From the NCBI GenBank assembly GCA_038878295.1, contig JAVZVY010000007.1, positions 5,660 to 34,254 of the forward strand: 28,595 nt of DNA, in the 5' to 3' direction. The translations under genes were made by a program, and so were the position numbers. Below the pieces are notes generated by a model. It was not told the origin of the DNA. It saw nothing but the letters and a program-made list of their open reading frames with translations, and made no database searches. The DNA is from Candidatus Micrarchaeaceae archaeon. Its GTDB lineage: Archaea; Micrarchaeota; Micrarchaeia; Micrarchaeales; CABMGC01. Each line of letters opens with the position of its first letter. Positions within the stretch are counted from its first letter, which is position 1. This document shows, piece after piece, positions 1 through 8,430 of the stretch.

Positions 1-150
1 AACTGGTATTCAGGCTACACGCCGCCATAGAGAACTGGCAGTTTCACACTGGCTGCATTTCCAAACATTTTGCAGATGTACACATTCTGAAGGATATTCA
101 CTATCGAGCGCACTTACGGATAGAATTATGCATTGCTGATTTGTATTTAT

Positions 151-1122
151 CTATGCCTGCGACTTCCTACCAAGAAGGGCAAGCCTTGCTAGCATCGCTT
201 CAAGCTGTATCCTATCGTTAGCGCCTTCCACTATCCTGAAGTTGTAGTCGCCAATGCTTCTTATTATTTCCAAGCGCATCGTGTCAGGCACATCTATGTT
301 CAGAGCTTCTCTGTAGCACTGCATCAGAACGTCTTCACCGCTCATGCCGTATGAAACCATCAAAGTGTTCAAATCCTCTCTGGCTTTTGTGAAATCGCCA
401 GCTATCGCATACTTAAGCATCGATATGACTTCTTTTGGTCTAGCTTTCGCAGCTATGTCATAAATGTTCTTCTCGTCTATTTCCGCATTCAGCACAGCGG
501 CGCTCTGCAGCACGTTTGTTATCTTCCTCAAGTCCCCTTCGCCAACATAAATCAGCGCGTCCATGGCTTTATCGCTTATCCTCAGCTTCTCGCCTTCAGC
601 AATCCTCTTTATGTATTTTCTCATTTCGCTTTCGTTGAGTGGCTTGAACCTGAGCACAACGCACCTGCTCTGAATTGGCTCTATTATTTTGCTAGCGTAA
701 TTGGCGCTTAGTATGAACCTTGTTGCTGCGCTGTACTTTTCCATGGTTCTTCGCAGGGCGTGCTGCGCCTCTGGAGTTAATGCATCAGCTTCGTCAAGGA
801 AAATCATTTTGACGCCGCCGCTCGATATCGGCAGCGTGCGCGCGAACTCCTTGACTTTGCCTCTTATTACGTCTATGCCCCTCGAATCGCTGGCGTTCAG
901 CTCTAGAAATGAATCATGTATGTTCTCGCCATAAAGCTCGTTGGCCATAGCTATGGCACAGCTTGTCTTGCCTATGCCCGCAGGTCCAGCAAAGATCATG
1001 CTTGGGAAATTTCCAGACTTGACAAAAGCTTTGAGCCTGTCGACTATGGCGCTCTGTCCTATAACCTCGCTGAGTTTAGATGGTCTATACTTCTCTGTCC
1101 AAGCAAGATCAGGCAAATTCAT
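151..1122 (-). CDS. rfcS: Replication factor C small subunit (clamp loader)
   Basis: WTEKYRP N-terminal box, Walker A GPAGIGKT, ELNASD, Walker B DEAD, AQHALRRTME and SRC arginine finger. Start moved from 1140 to the ATG at 1122 (MNLPDLAWTEKY). No intein. Confidence 0.97.
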   Translation of the reverse strand: MNLPDLAWTEKYRPSKLSEVIGQSAIVDRLKAFVKSGNFPSMIFAGPAGIGKTSCAIAMANELYGENIHDSFLELNASDSRGIDVIRGKVKEFARTLPISSGGVKMIFLDEADALTPEAQHALRRTMEKYSAATRFILSANYASKIIEPIQSRCVVLRFKPLNESEMRKYIKRIAEGEKLRISDKAMDALIYVGEGDLRKITNVLQSAAVLNAEIDEKNIYDIAAKARPKEVISMLKYAIAGDFTKAREDLNTLMVSYGMSGEDVLMQCYREALNIDVPDTMRLEIIRSIGDYNFRIVEGANDRIQLEAMLARLALLGRKSQA

Positions 1123-1190
1123 AGAAAGCACGCAGTGCAATTATATTGCAGCTTACCAATAAATAATTTTCCATGCTTTTGCGCGCGGCT

Positions 1191-1832
1191 CTAATATCTG
1201 CCCTTTATGCCCTCATAGATTTCCGCTGCGCCTCTTACCATTATATACGTAAAGAGTATCCCTACAAGAACGTAGCCTATCCAAATCGGATATGCGAGCA
1301 CGTAGACAAGAACCAAATAAGAGAATGTCAAGAACTTTACTACATTTATGCCGCCTCTGAAGAGCGAAGATGAATAAACCACTTTTGCGAATTTTGTTTT
1401 CAGCTTGGATGATGTGCCCTTCGCGCCCATCAGGGCGTCGGCTAGCGAATGCCTTATCACAACAAGCAGAAGAATGAAAAGTGGCACTATTGAAAGGTAC
1501 GTGAACAGTATCCAGAACGAGTACTCAACTATCCTGTCGCCTGCAACATCGAGCCTTGGCCCATACGGTGCTATCTTAGAGCTTCTTTCCTTGATTTTCT
1601 TGATTCGCGTCTTGGCTTCAATGTTTCCCATCGATGCACTCACATACTCAAAAAAGCCTACTGTGTTGCCGCTTGCTTCTCTTACGGCGAAGTAGCCGTC
1701 GAACGCGTCCATAAGAAATATCAAGGCTATTACTAATATGTCTATGAATGCGTTGAATTTGAAAATTATCATGTATACAAGGAGAAACATTATTGGTATC
1801 CTGCTTATTGTTACCGCATCAGCGCTCCTCAT
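1191..1832 (-). CDS. CDP-alcohol phosphatidyltransferase family protein (PgsA/PssA/AIP-synthase-like)
   Basis: N-terminal ADAVTISR, split signature DAFDGYFA...GPRLDVAGDR (DxxDG...GxxxDxxxD) and multiple hydrophobic helices. Confidence 0.85.
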   Translation of the reverse strand: MRSADAVTISRIPIMFLLVYMIIFKFNAFIDILVIALIFLMDAFDGYFAVREASGNTVGFFEYVSASMGNIEAKTRIKKIKERSSKIAPYGPRLDVAGDRIVEYSFWILFTYLSIVPLFILLLVVIRHSLADALMGAKGTSSKLKTKFAKVVYSSSLFRGGINVVKFLTFSYLVLVYVLAYPIWIGYVLVGILFTYIMVRGAAEIYEGIKGRY

Positions 1833-1948
1833 AAAATCAACGCATTATATGCAAAAAGCCTATAAACATCTCAAGCTATAAATTCCTATCAGACCTTTGC
1901 ATGCAAAATATAATAAATTATGGCTGACATATTTTAGCCTATGGTGAA

Positions 1949-4900
1949 ATGATGTTTGACGCTAATAGAATAGAAGAGGAAATTCTATCATACTGGGAAA
2001 AGCACGATATAACCAAGAAAGTTAGAGAAAAGAACAAAAATGGCAAACCTTTCTATTTTCTTGACGGCCCACCATACGTAAGCGGCGACCTTCATCCGGG
2101 CCAGCTCTGGGTCAAAGCTTCAAAAGACGCTTATATAAGATATAAGAGATACAGGGGATTTGACCTGCACGACAGGGCTGGCTACGACGTTCATGGCTTG
2201 CCTATAGAACATAAGGTTGAGCTTCAGCTTGGTGTAAAATCAAAGCAGGAAATAGAAAACAAAATAGGCGTAGAAAAATTTGTTGAGAGTTGCAGTTCCT
2301 TCGTGAAATCTTACATTGGTAGAATGGACTCGGATTTTAGGCGTTTTGGCATATCTCTGGATCTCTCGAATCCGTATCTTCCTTTAGAGAAGGGCTATAT
2401 TGAGACCGCATGGAACATGCTGAAGACTGTGCACGATAAAGGCTATCTATACAAAGCTATAAAGCCAACTCTATACTGCCCTAAGTGCGAGACGACGCTG
2501 GCGCAGGGCACCATGGAGGTTGTTTATGGCGATGAAACAGATCCATCAATCTTCGTCGCCTTCAAGGTCGATCCAAAGAGCAAATCGAGAATAAAGCTGA
2601 GCGGAGACGAATACCTTGCAATATGGACTACTACTCCCTGGACGCTGCCGGCAAACATGGCTGTAGCCGCAAATCCCAAAGCATTGTACGTTAAAGCTAG
2701 ATTTGGCAATCTGCTTCTGATACTTGCGAAAGAAAGGCTTGACGTTCTTGTAAGCGCGCTTGGCGAGAGCGCGATTGTCGAGGAGGAATTCTACGGCAGC
2801 GAGCTAGAAGGCCTGCATTACATAAACCCGCTTGAACAGATGGTGCCAATTCAGAGAAAGTTTTCTAAGTACCATAAAGTAATACTCTCTGAAAGCCTCG
2901 TAAACGTAAATGAAGGCACGGGCCTTGTGCACATGGCGCCAGGCCACGGCGCAGAGGACTACATAGAAGGCAAGAAAAACAATGTGCCTGTGTTTTCACC
3001 CATTGACAAGAAAGCCACTTATACTGATGAAGCTGGTGCATACAAAGGCTTGCGCATACCAGACGAGGCCAACAAAAAAATAATCGAAGATCTCAAAAGG
3101 CTCAATGCTCTACTGAGCGAGGGCGAAGTAAGCCACAGCTATCCTCATTGCTGGAGGTGCGGCAGCAAGCTTGTTTACATTTCAACAGAGCAGTGGTTCA
3201 TAAACATCCAAAAGGCGAAACGCAGGATAATAAAAGCAAACAGCAAAGTTTCGTGGCATCCAAGCGAAGCGATGAAATGGCAGGAGGACGTGCTGAAAAG
3301 TTCGCCAGACTGGGTTATATCAAGGCAGAGATATTGGGGAATACCCTTGCCTATATGGGCGTGCACAACTTGCGGCAACACCGAAGTAATAGGCTCTTTT
3401 GAAGAGTTGAAGAGCAAAGCTATTGACGCTTCGGCTGTTGCTTCTATGAAAGATTTCCACAGGCCATATATAGATAATATTAAGCTCAAGTGCGGCAAGT
3501 GCGGCTCAGAGATGCGGCGCATCCCAGACATATTCGATGTTTGGTTCGATTCTGCAATAGCATTCAGAGCCTCGCTAAGCGATGAGATGTTTAGGAAGCT
3601 GTTCCCCGTAGACTTCGTGCTCGAAGGCGTCGACCAGCTCAGGGGATGGTTCTCTGCTCAGCTCAAGATAGGCACGCTCGTATACGGCAGAAGTCCATTC
3701 AAAAATGTCATAATAGACGGGATGCTGCTCGACGAAAGCGGCAGGGAGATGCACAAGAGCCTGGGCAATTACATATCAGTGAGCGAATTGCTCAAAATGG
3801 CATCTGCCGATTCGTTTAGGCTTTGGGCAATTAGCCACGTGCACTGGCTCGACCTCTCTTTCAAGAAGGAGGAACTCGAAAACGCAAAGCGCGCAATAGA
3901 CGTTATATACAACATATCCAACCTTCTTGACGAATATTCAAAGGCATATTCGTATACTGAGACTAAAACAACGCCACCACCAATCGGCAAACTCGACAAC
4001 GAAGACATATGGCTCATATCAAGGCTTAACTCAACAGCAAAAGAGGTTACGGAAAGTTTCGAAGCCTACAGAATGTTCAATGCGGCAAACAGGCTCACCA
4101 ATTTTGTGGTCGAAGATCTAAGCAGATTCTATTTGAAGATAGCAAAGGACAAAATGAGAAGCAGCAAGGCAGCCGCAAGGCTCAAGCTGCGGGTAATAGA
4201 CTATGTGCTAAGCAACGCACTAATACTCTTCTCGCCTATAATACCATTTGTGACCGAATATGTCTACTCAAAGAGGTACGCAGCTGGAAAAGAGAGCATA
4301 TTCCTAAATGATTGGCCGCGCTACAGGGCCCGCCTAATAAACAAAGACGTAGAAAAGGAATTCGAGATAGTAAGGTCAGCAATCACGGCATTGCTCAGCA
4401 GCAGGGAAAAGGCTGGAATAAAGCTAAAGCAGCCGCTGAAAAGTGCAACCATAGAAGTAAAAGACAGCTACGCATCGAACGTGCTGCTGGAAAATGCGGA
4501 GCTTATCGAGGGCTATGCAAAAATTGCAAGTCTGATAGTCAAGGAAGTGCAGAGCCTTGTTAAAGAGGTAAAGCCAGTCTTCGCTAAGATAGGCCCAGAT
4601 TTCAAGTCTGCGTCTAACGCCATAGCCGAAGCGCTCAGGTCTGCCGATGCTGACGAACTGCAGAGCGCAGTAGCGAAAGACGGCTACTACGTGTTGCACA
4701 CAGAAGAGGGCGAATTCACGATAAGGCAGGATCACTTCACAATCGTCACGAAAACAATGAATGCTGATGCCATCGAATTCAAATATGGCGTCGCATACGT
4801 TGACACTGAGATTCCGCCGGATCTAAAGGAACAGGCTTTCCTGAGGGAATTTGAGAGGCATATCCAGCTCCTTAGAAAGAAGGAATCGCTGAGCAAGCCT

Positions 4901-5089
4901 GACAAAATAATACTCTATTATCATGCGGCAGCCGAAGCCGCTGATATTATAAGTAGGAATGAGGCTGCGATTAAGTCTGATGTAAACGCCTCAAAGTTGA
5001 TAAATGCGCCTCCTGAAGGAAACGTCAGCGAATTCGAAATAAACGGCATAAAATTTAGGGTCTCTATAAAGAAAACTGGCGCCACATAA
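1949..5089 (+). CDS. ileS: Isoleucine--tRNA ligase (archaeal/eukaryote-like type)
   Basis: FLDGPPY, GYDVHGLPIE, editing-domain WTTTPWTLPAN and GTGLVHMAPGHGAED, YPHCWRC, DWVISRQRYWGIPLP, EGVDQLRGWF and KMSKS-equivalent EMHKS. GGTG SD directly upstream. Confidence 0.97.
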   Translation: MMFDANRIEEEILSYWEKHDITKKVREKNKNGKPFYFLDGPPYVSGDLHPGQLWVKASKDAYIRYKRYRGFDLHDRAGYDVHGLPIEHKVELQLGVKSKQEIENKIGVEKFVESCSSFVKSYIGRMDSDFRRFGISLDLSNPYLPLEKGYIETAWNMLKTVHDKGYLYKAIKPTLYCPKCETTLAQGTMEVVYGDETDPSIFVAFKVDPKSKSRIKLSGDEYLAIWTTTPWTLPANMAVAANPKALYVKARFGNLLLILAKERLDVLVSALGESAIVEEEFYGSELEGLHYINPLEQMVPIQRKFSKYHKVILSESLVNVNEGTGLVHMAPGHGAEDYIEGKKNNVPVFSPIDKKATYTDEAGAYKGLRIPDEANKKIIEDLKRLNALLSEGEVSHSYPHCWRCGSKLVYISTEQWFINIQKAKRRIIKANSKVSWHPSEAMKWQEDVLKSSPDWVISRQRYWGIPLPIWACTTCGNTEVIGSFEELKSKAIDASAVASMKDFHRPYIDNIKLKCGKCGSEMRRIPDIFDVWFDSAIAFRASLSDEMFRKLFPVDFVLEGVDQLRGWFSAQLKIGTLVYGRSPFKNVIIDGMLLDESGREMHKSLGNYISVSELLKMASADSFRLWAISHVHWLDLSFKKEELENAKRAIDVIYNISNLLDEYSKAYSYTETKTTPPPIGKLDNEDIWLISRLNSTAKEVTESFEAYRMFNAANRLTNFVVEDLSRFYLKIAKDKMRSSKAAARLKLRVIDYVLSNALILFSPIIPFVTEYVYSKRYAAGKESIFLNDWPRYRARLINKDVEKEFEIVRSAITALLSSREKAGIKLKQPLKSATIEVKDSYASNVLLENAELIEGYAKIASLIVKEVQSLVKEVKPVFAKIGPDFKSASNAIAEALRSADADELQSAVAKDGYYVLHTEEGEFTIRQDHFTIVTKTMNADAIEFKYGVAYVDTEIPPDLKEQAFLREFERHIQLLRKKESLSKPDKIILYYHAAAEAADIISRNEAAIKSDVNASKLINAPPEGNVSEFEINGIKFRVSIKKTGAT

Positions 5090-5093
5090 AGAA

Positions 5094-5288
5094 TCAATCA
5101 GCTATGCTCACCGCGGTTTTATACTCCTTTCTTGTAGATAGGTTTGTCCAGCAGTCCTTGCATATTACGAGCCTCGTAGTCTTGTTAAGCCTCCTAGAGC
5201 TCTTTGTGCAGCTGTTGCATATCTTTCTGTGGCAGTAGTTGCACGTATTGTACTTATATATCTTTTCTCCGCATCTCTCACATAGCAT
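5094..5288 (-). CDS. Small zinc-finger protein (64 aa, four CxxC pairs)
   Basis: MLCERC..CNYC..CNSC..CKDC. The ATG at 5288 avoids overlap with the divergent gene at 5352/5361 and fills the gap convergent with ileS. Confidence 0.75.
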   Translation of the reverse strand: MLCERCGEKIYKYNTCNYCHRKICNSCTKSSRRLNKTTRLVICKDCWTNLSTRKEYKTAVSIAD

Positions 5289-5360
5289 AGAATCATCAAA
5301 AGTAATAAACTTTCTAGAGAAAAATATAAAAGGATAGAGCAAAAGCTGCAGATGGTTGAA

Positions 5361-6656
5361 ATGCAAAAAAGAGCTATAATAGAAACCTATGGCTGCACTC
5401 TCAATCAAGCGGACAGCGATATAATGGCCGGTATTCTTTCAAGCGCAGGCATAATCGTTGAACAGGGCAGGTACGAAGGCAATGGCAGCGGCTACGACTA
5501 CGTGATAGTAAATACCTGTACGGTAAAGACGCCTACAGAGCAGAAGATACTTAACAGGCTCGAGAGGCTAAGCAGTCTAGGCGGAAGGCTCATAGTAGTG
5601 GGCTGCCTTGCAAGCGCAGATCACGAAAAAATAGCAAAAGTTGCGCCGCTAGCCTCAATACTGAATACAAGCAACATAACTAGGATAAACGACGCAATCT
5701 TAGAAGTAGATTCTGGGAAACGCGCGACATATCTGCAATATCAGCGAGTCGACAAGCTGGCCTCCTTTAGAAGTAGTAATAATTCAGTCATAGCTAGAAT
5801 TCCGATAAGTGAAGGCTGCCTCAGCAACTGCACATTCTGCGAAACGAAATATGCAAGAGGACCGCTTAACAGCTTTTCCGAAGAGCTGATCATTAGGGCG
5901 GCAAGAATGAGCATAGAGCGCGGCGCAAAGGAGATAGAGCTCACATCGCAGGATGCCGGTGCATACGGTTTTGATAAGAAGACAAACATAGCGGAGCTCG
6001 CAATGCATGTCAGCGCTATAGACGGCGAATTCAGGATTAGGATAGGCATGCTAAATCCAGAGCATCTGCATAAGTATTTTGATGAGCTTGTAGAAGCGTA
6101 TAAAAACGAAAAGGTATACAAGTTTGCGCATCTCCCTGTGCAAAGCGGAAGCGACAATGTGCTTAAGGCCATGAGGCGCGGCTATTCTGCAGAGGAATTC
6201 AAAAGCTATGTAAGCGAGCTGCGCAGGAAAGTGCCAGGAATAAGCATAGCAACAGACGTTATTGTGGGCTATCCAACAGAAACCGATTCTGATTTCGAGA
6301 AGTCGATGGCCCTGATCAAGGAGATAACGCCAAGCATCACAAATGTGTCGAAGTTCGGTGCGAGGCCGCATGCACAAGCGTCTAAGCTCAAACAGCTGCC
6401 CAATCGTATAGTGAAGGAAAGAAGCATAAAAATGTCAAGGCTTGTGCGGGAAATCCAATCGAAAAGCAGAGCAGCTTTGCTCAACACAGAAAAGACAGTG
6501 CTAATCACAGAACTGAACGGCGGCTCATTTACGGGTAGAGACGATTCATATAACGAAGTTGCTATTATAAGCGGTGCTGTTCATCTTGGCGAATTCAAAA
6601 AAGTCATGATAATCGGCAATTCCTCAGGTTGCGTTCTTGGCTCAGCCCTAGACTAG
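5361..6656 (+). CDS. tRNA t6A37 methylthiotransferase (MtaB/CDKAL1-like, MiaB-family radical SAM)
   Basis: UPF0004 motifs ETYGCTLN, VNTCTVK and VVGCL; radical SAM CLSNCTFC; HLPVQSGSD; TDVIVGYPTET; C-terminal TRAM-like region. Start could be 5352 or 5361. Confidence 0.92.
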   Translation: MQKRAIIETYGCTLNQADSDIMAGILSSAGIIVEQGRYEGNGSGYDYVIVNTCTVKTPTEQKILNRLERLSSLGGRLIVVGCLASADHEKIAKVAPLASILNTSNITRINDAILEVDSGKRATYLQYQRVDKLASFRSSNNSVIARIPISEGCLSNCTFCETKYARGPLNSFSEELIIRAARMSIERGAKEIELTSQDAGAYGFDKKTNIAELAMHVSAIDGEFRIRIGMLNPEHLHKYFDELVEAYKNEKVYKFAHLPVQSGSDNVLKAMRRGYSAEEFKSYVSELRRKVPGISIATDVIVGYPTETDSDFEKSMALIKEITPSITNVSKFGARPHAQASKLKQLPNRIVKERSIKMSRLVREIQSKSRAALLNTEKTVLITELNGGSFTGRDDSYNEVAIISGAVHLGEFKKVMIIGNSSGCVLGSALD

Positions 6657-6705
6657 CTTCTCGCTTTGCGTTAGTTATATAAATTGATAAATCCCTATTT
6701 CATTC

Positions 6706-8043
6706 ATGTATTCTAAAGCCGTAAGTGACGCTTTTGAGAAGGCTGGCATAAGCATAGGCGACGCCGTAAAAATACATTCTGGGGACTCCATTTTTGAGGG
6801 CACAGTAATGCCCAGGCCCGAAATAGGCGATGAAAACATAATTGTGCTTAAGCTGAAGAATGGCTACAATGTCGGCATCAGATTCGGCGAAAACGTCAAA
6901 TTGGAGCGAGTCGGCTCATCAAAGGAAAAATTCTCGTTTCCTAAGAGCAAGCCACAGAGCAACAAGGGCCTTCCAAAAATAAGCCTTCTTTATACTGGAG
7001 GCACAATTGGAAGCAAGGTTGATTACGCCACAGGCGGCGTCTACATGCTTACAAAGCCGGAAGAGCTTCTTTACGAAGTGCCCGAGTTGGAGAACATCGC
7101 AAACATAGAAGTAAGAAACGTCATGAGCATAGCCAGCGAGGATATGACATATCATGAATGGCGAAGAATCGCCGAGGAGGTTGCGTCAGCCCTCAATAGC
7201 GGTGCAAGAGGCGTTGTAATAACCCATGGCACCGACACAATGCACTTTACATCTGCTGCGCTCAGCTTCATGCTTCAAGGCGCAAATGCGCCGATTGTAC
7301 TTACAGGCTCGCAGCGCAGCAGCGACAGAGGCTCAAGCGACGCATTTATGAATCTTGTTTGCTCAACGCAGATTGCAGCGAAATCCGACATAGCAGAGGT
7401 TGGAATCTGCATGCATTATTCTAGTTCAGACAAGCTCTGTGCTTTCATACGCGGCACAAAGGCCAGGAAGATGCACACGTCTAGAAGGGACGCATTTAGG
7501 CCCATAAATGACAAACCCATCGCTTTTGTTGCTGCAAACGGTAACATAACTTACAATTCTGCATACAAGAAAACCGTCGAAGTAGAGAGGACCAAGGTCG
7601 AGGCGAAAACAAAATACGAGCCTAAGGTGGCTCTCATTCAGCTTTATCCGAATTCGGATCCCGAAATTCTCGAATTCTACGCGAACAAAAAATACAAAGG
7701 AATAATACTCGAGGGCACCGGCCTCGGGCATGCGCCAGTCTCCACAGAGCACAAAGAAGCTCTATGGCTGCCCGCAATCAAAAGGGCCGTAGATTCAGGA
7801 ATCGTCGTTGGGATGACCTCCCAATGCCTCTATGGGCGTGTGAACACGAACGTTTACAGGAATCTCAGGCTAATCAGCGGCGCAGGCGTGATATACTGCG
7901 AGGACATGCTTCCTGAAACCGCGCTTGTCAAGCTCGGCTGGCTTCTTGGCAATTACAATGCCGATAAAGCCAAAGAGCTGCTTAACAAAAACATAGCCGG
8001 TGAGATAAAGGCTAAGAGCGCTTATGATGAATTCCTGGTATAG
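6706..8043 (+). CDS. gatD: Glu-tRNA(Gln) amidotransferase subunit D
   Basis: N-terminal KLKNGYNVG domain, asparaginase motifs TGGTI, HGTDT, GSQRSSDRGSSD and RKMHTSRRDAF; gatE nearby. Confidence 0.97.
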   Translation: MYSKAVSDAFEKAGISIGDAVKIHSGDSIFEGTVMPRPEIGDENIIVLKLKNGYNVGIRFGENVKLERVGSSKEKFSFPKSKPQSNKGLPKISLLYTGGTIGSKVDYATGGVYMLTKPEELLYEVPELENIANIEVRNVMSIASEDMTYHEWRRIAEEVASALNSGARGVVITHGTDTMHFTSAALSFMLQGANAPIVLTGSQRSSDRGSSDAFMNLVCSTQIAAKSDIAEVGICMHYSSSDKLCAFIRGTKARKMHTSRRDAFRPINDKPIAFVAANGNITYNSAYKKTVEVERTKVEAKTKYEPKVALIQLYPNSDPEILEFYANKKYKGIILEGTGLGHAPVSTEHKEALWLPAIKRAVDSGIVVGMTSQCLYGRVNTNVYRNLRLISGAGVIYCEDMLPETALVKLGWLLGNYNADKAKELLNKNIAGEIKAKSAYDEFLV

Positions 8044-8051
8044 GTGTGAGA

Positions 8052-8426
8052 ATGAGCGGAACAGAAACAATTGGGCTTTTGGTTTTCGGCGTCGGAATAC
8101 TGATCCTGCTGTTCGCATTTTACGAAGCGTATCTGCTATATGAGCAGATGATCTCGGCAAGCGCCATGACGTCGACGCCAACTACCTTAAACACTGCCGC
8201 TGCAAACACCACGCAGGGCATCGTGCAGGGAATTGTCCAAGGCATAGCCGGCTATTTCCCATTCAGGCAGGCTACGTATTACCTTCTTGCAATAATAATT
8301 CTTTTTGTTTTTGCTAGCATAGGCTACAAGATCGCAAAGCTCGGCATAGACCTCAGATCGGCGTGGCGCAGAAAGGATGATGCGAGCCAGCAGCAAAAAC
8401 AGCAAAAACAGCAAAAGGTAGCATGA
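8052..8426 (+). CDS. Hypothetical two-TM membrane protein
   Basis: Fills the gatD-gatE gap in the same orientation. GGTG SD before ATG 8052. Two hydrophobic segments separated by a Thr/Ala-rich loop; Gln/Lys tail. Confidence 0.75.
   Translation: MSGTETIGLLVFGVGILILLFAFYEAYLLYEQMISASAMTSTPTTLNTAAANTTQGIVQGIVQGIAGYFPFRQATYYLLAIIILFVFASIGYKIAKLGIDLRSAWRRKDDASQQQKQQKQQKVA
8391..8417 (+). repeat. 9-bp in-frame tandem repeat (CAGCAAAAA x2 + CAGCAAAAG) encoding QQK x3
   Basis: Read directly from the sequence. Confidence 0.8.
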
Positions 8427-8430
8427 TACG

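Noticed and set aside
1..150. Possible 3' end of an upstream + strand gene (e.g. ...NWYSGYTPP stop at 30) or a small ORF
   Set aside because: Too little sequence to choose a frame; no motif support.
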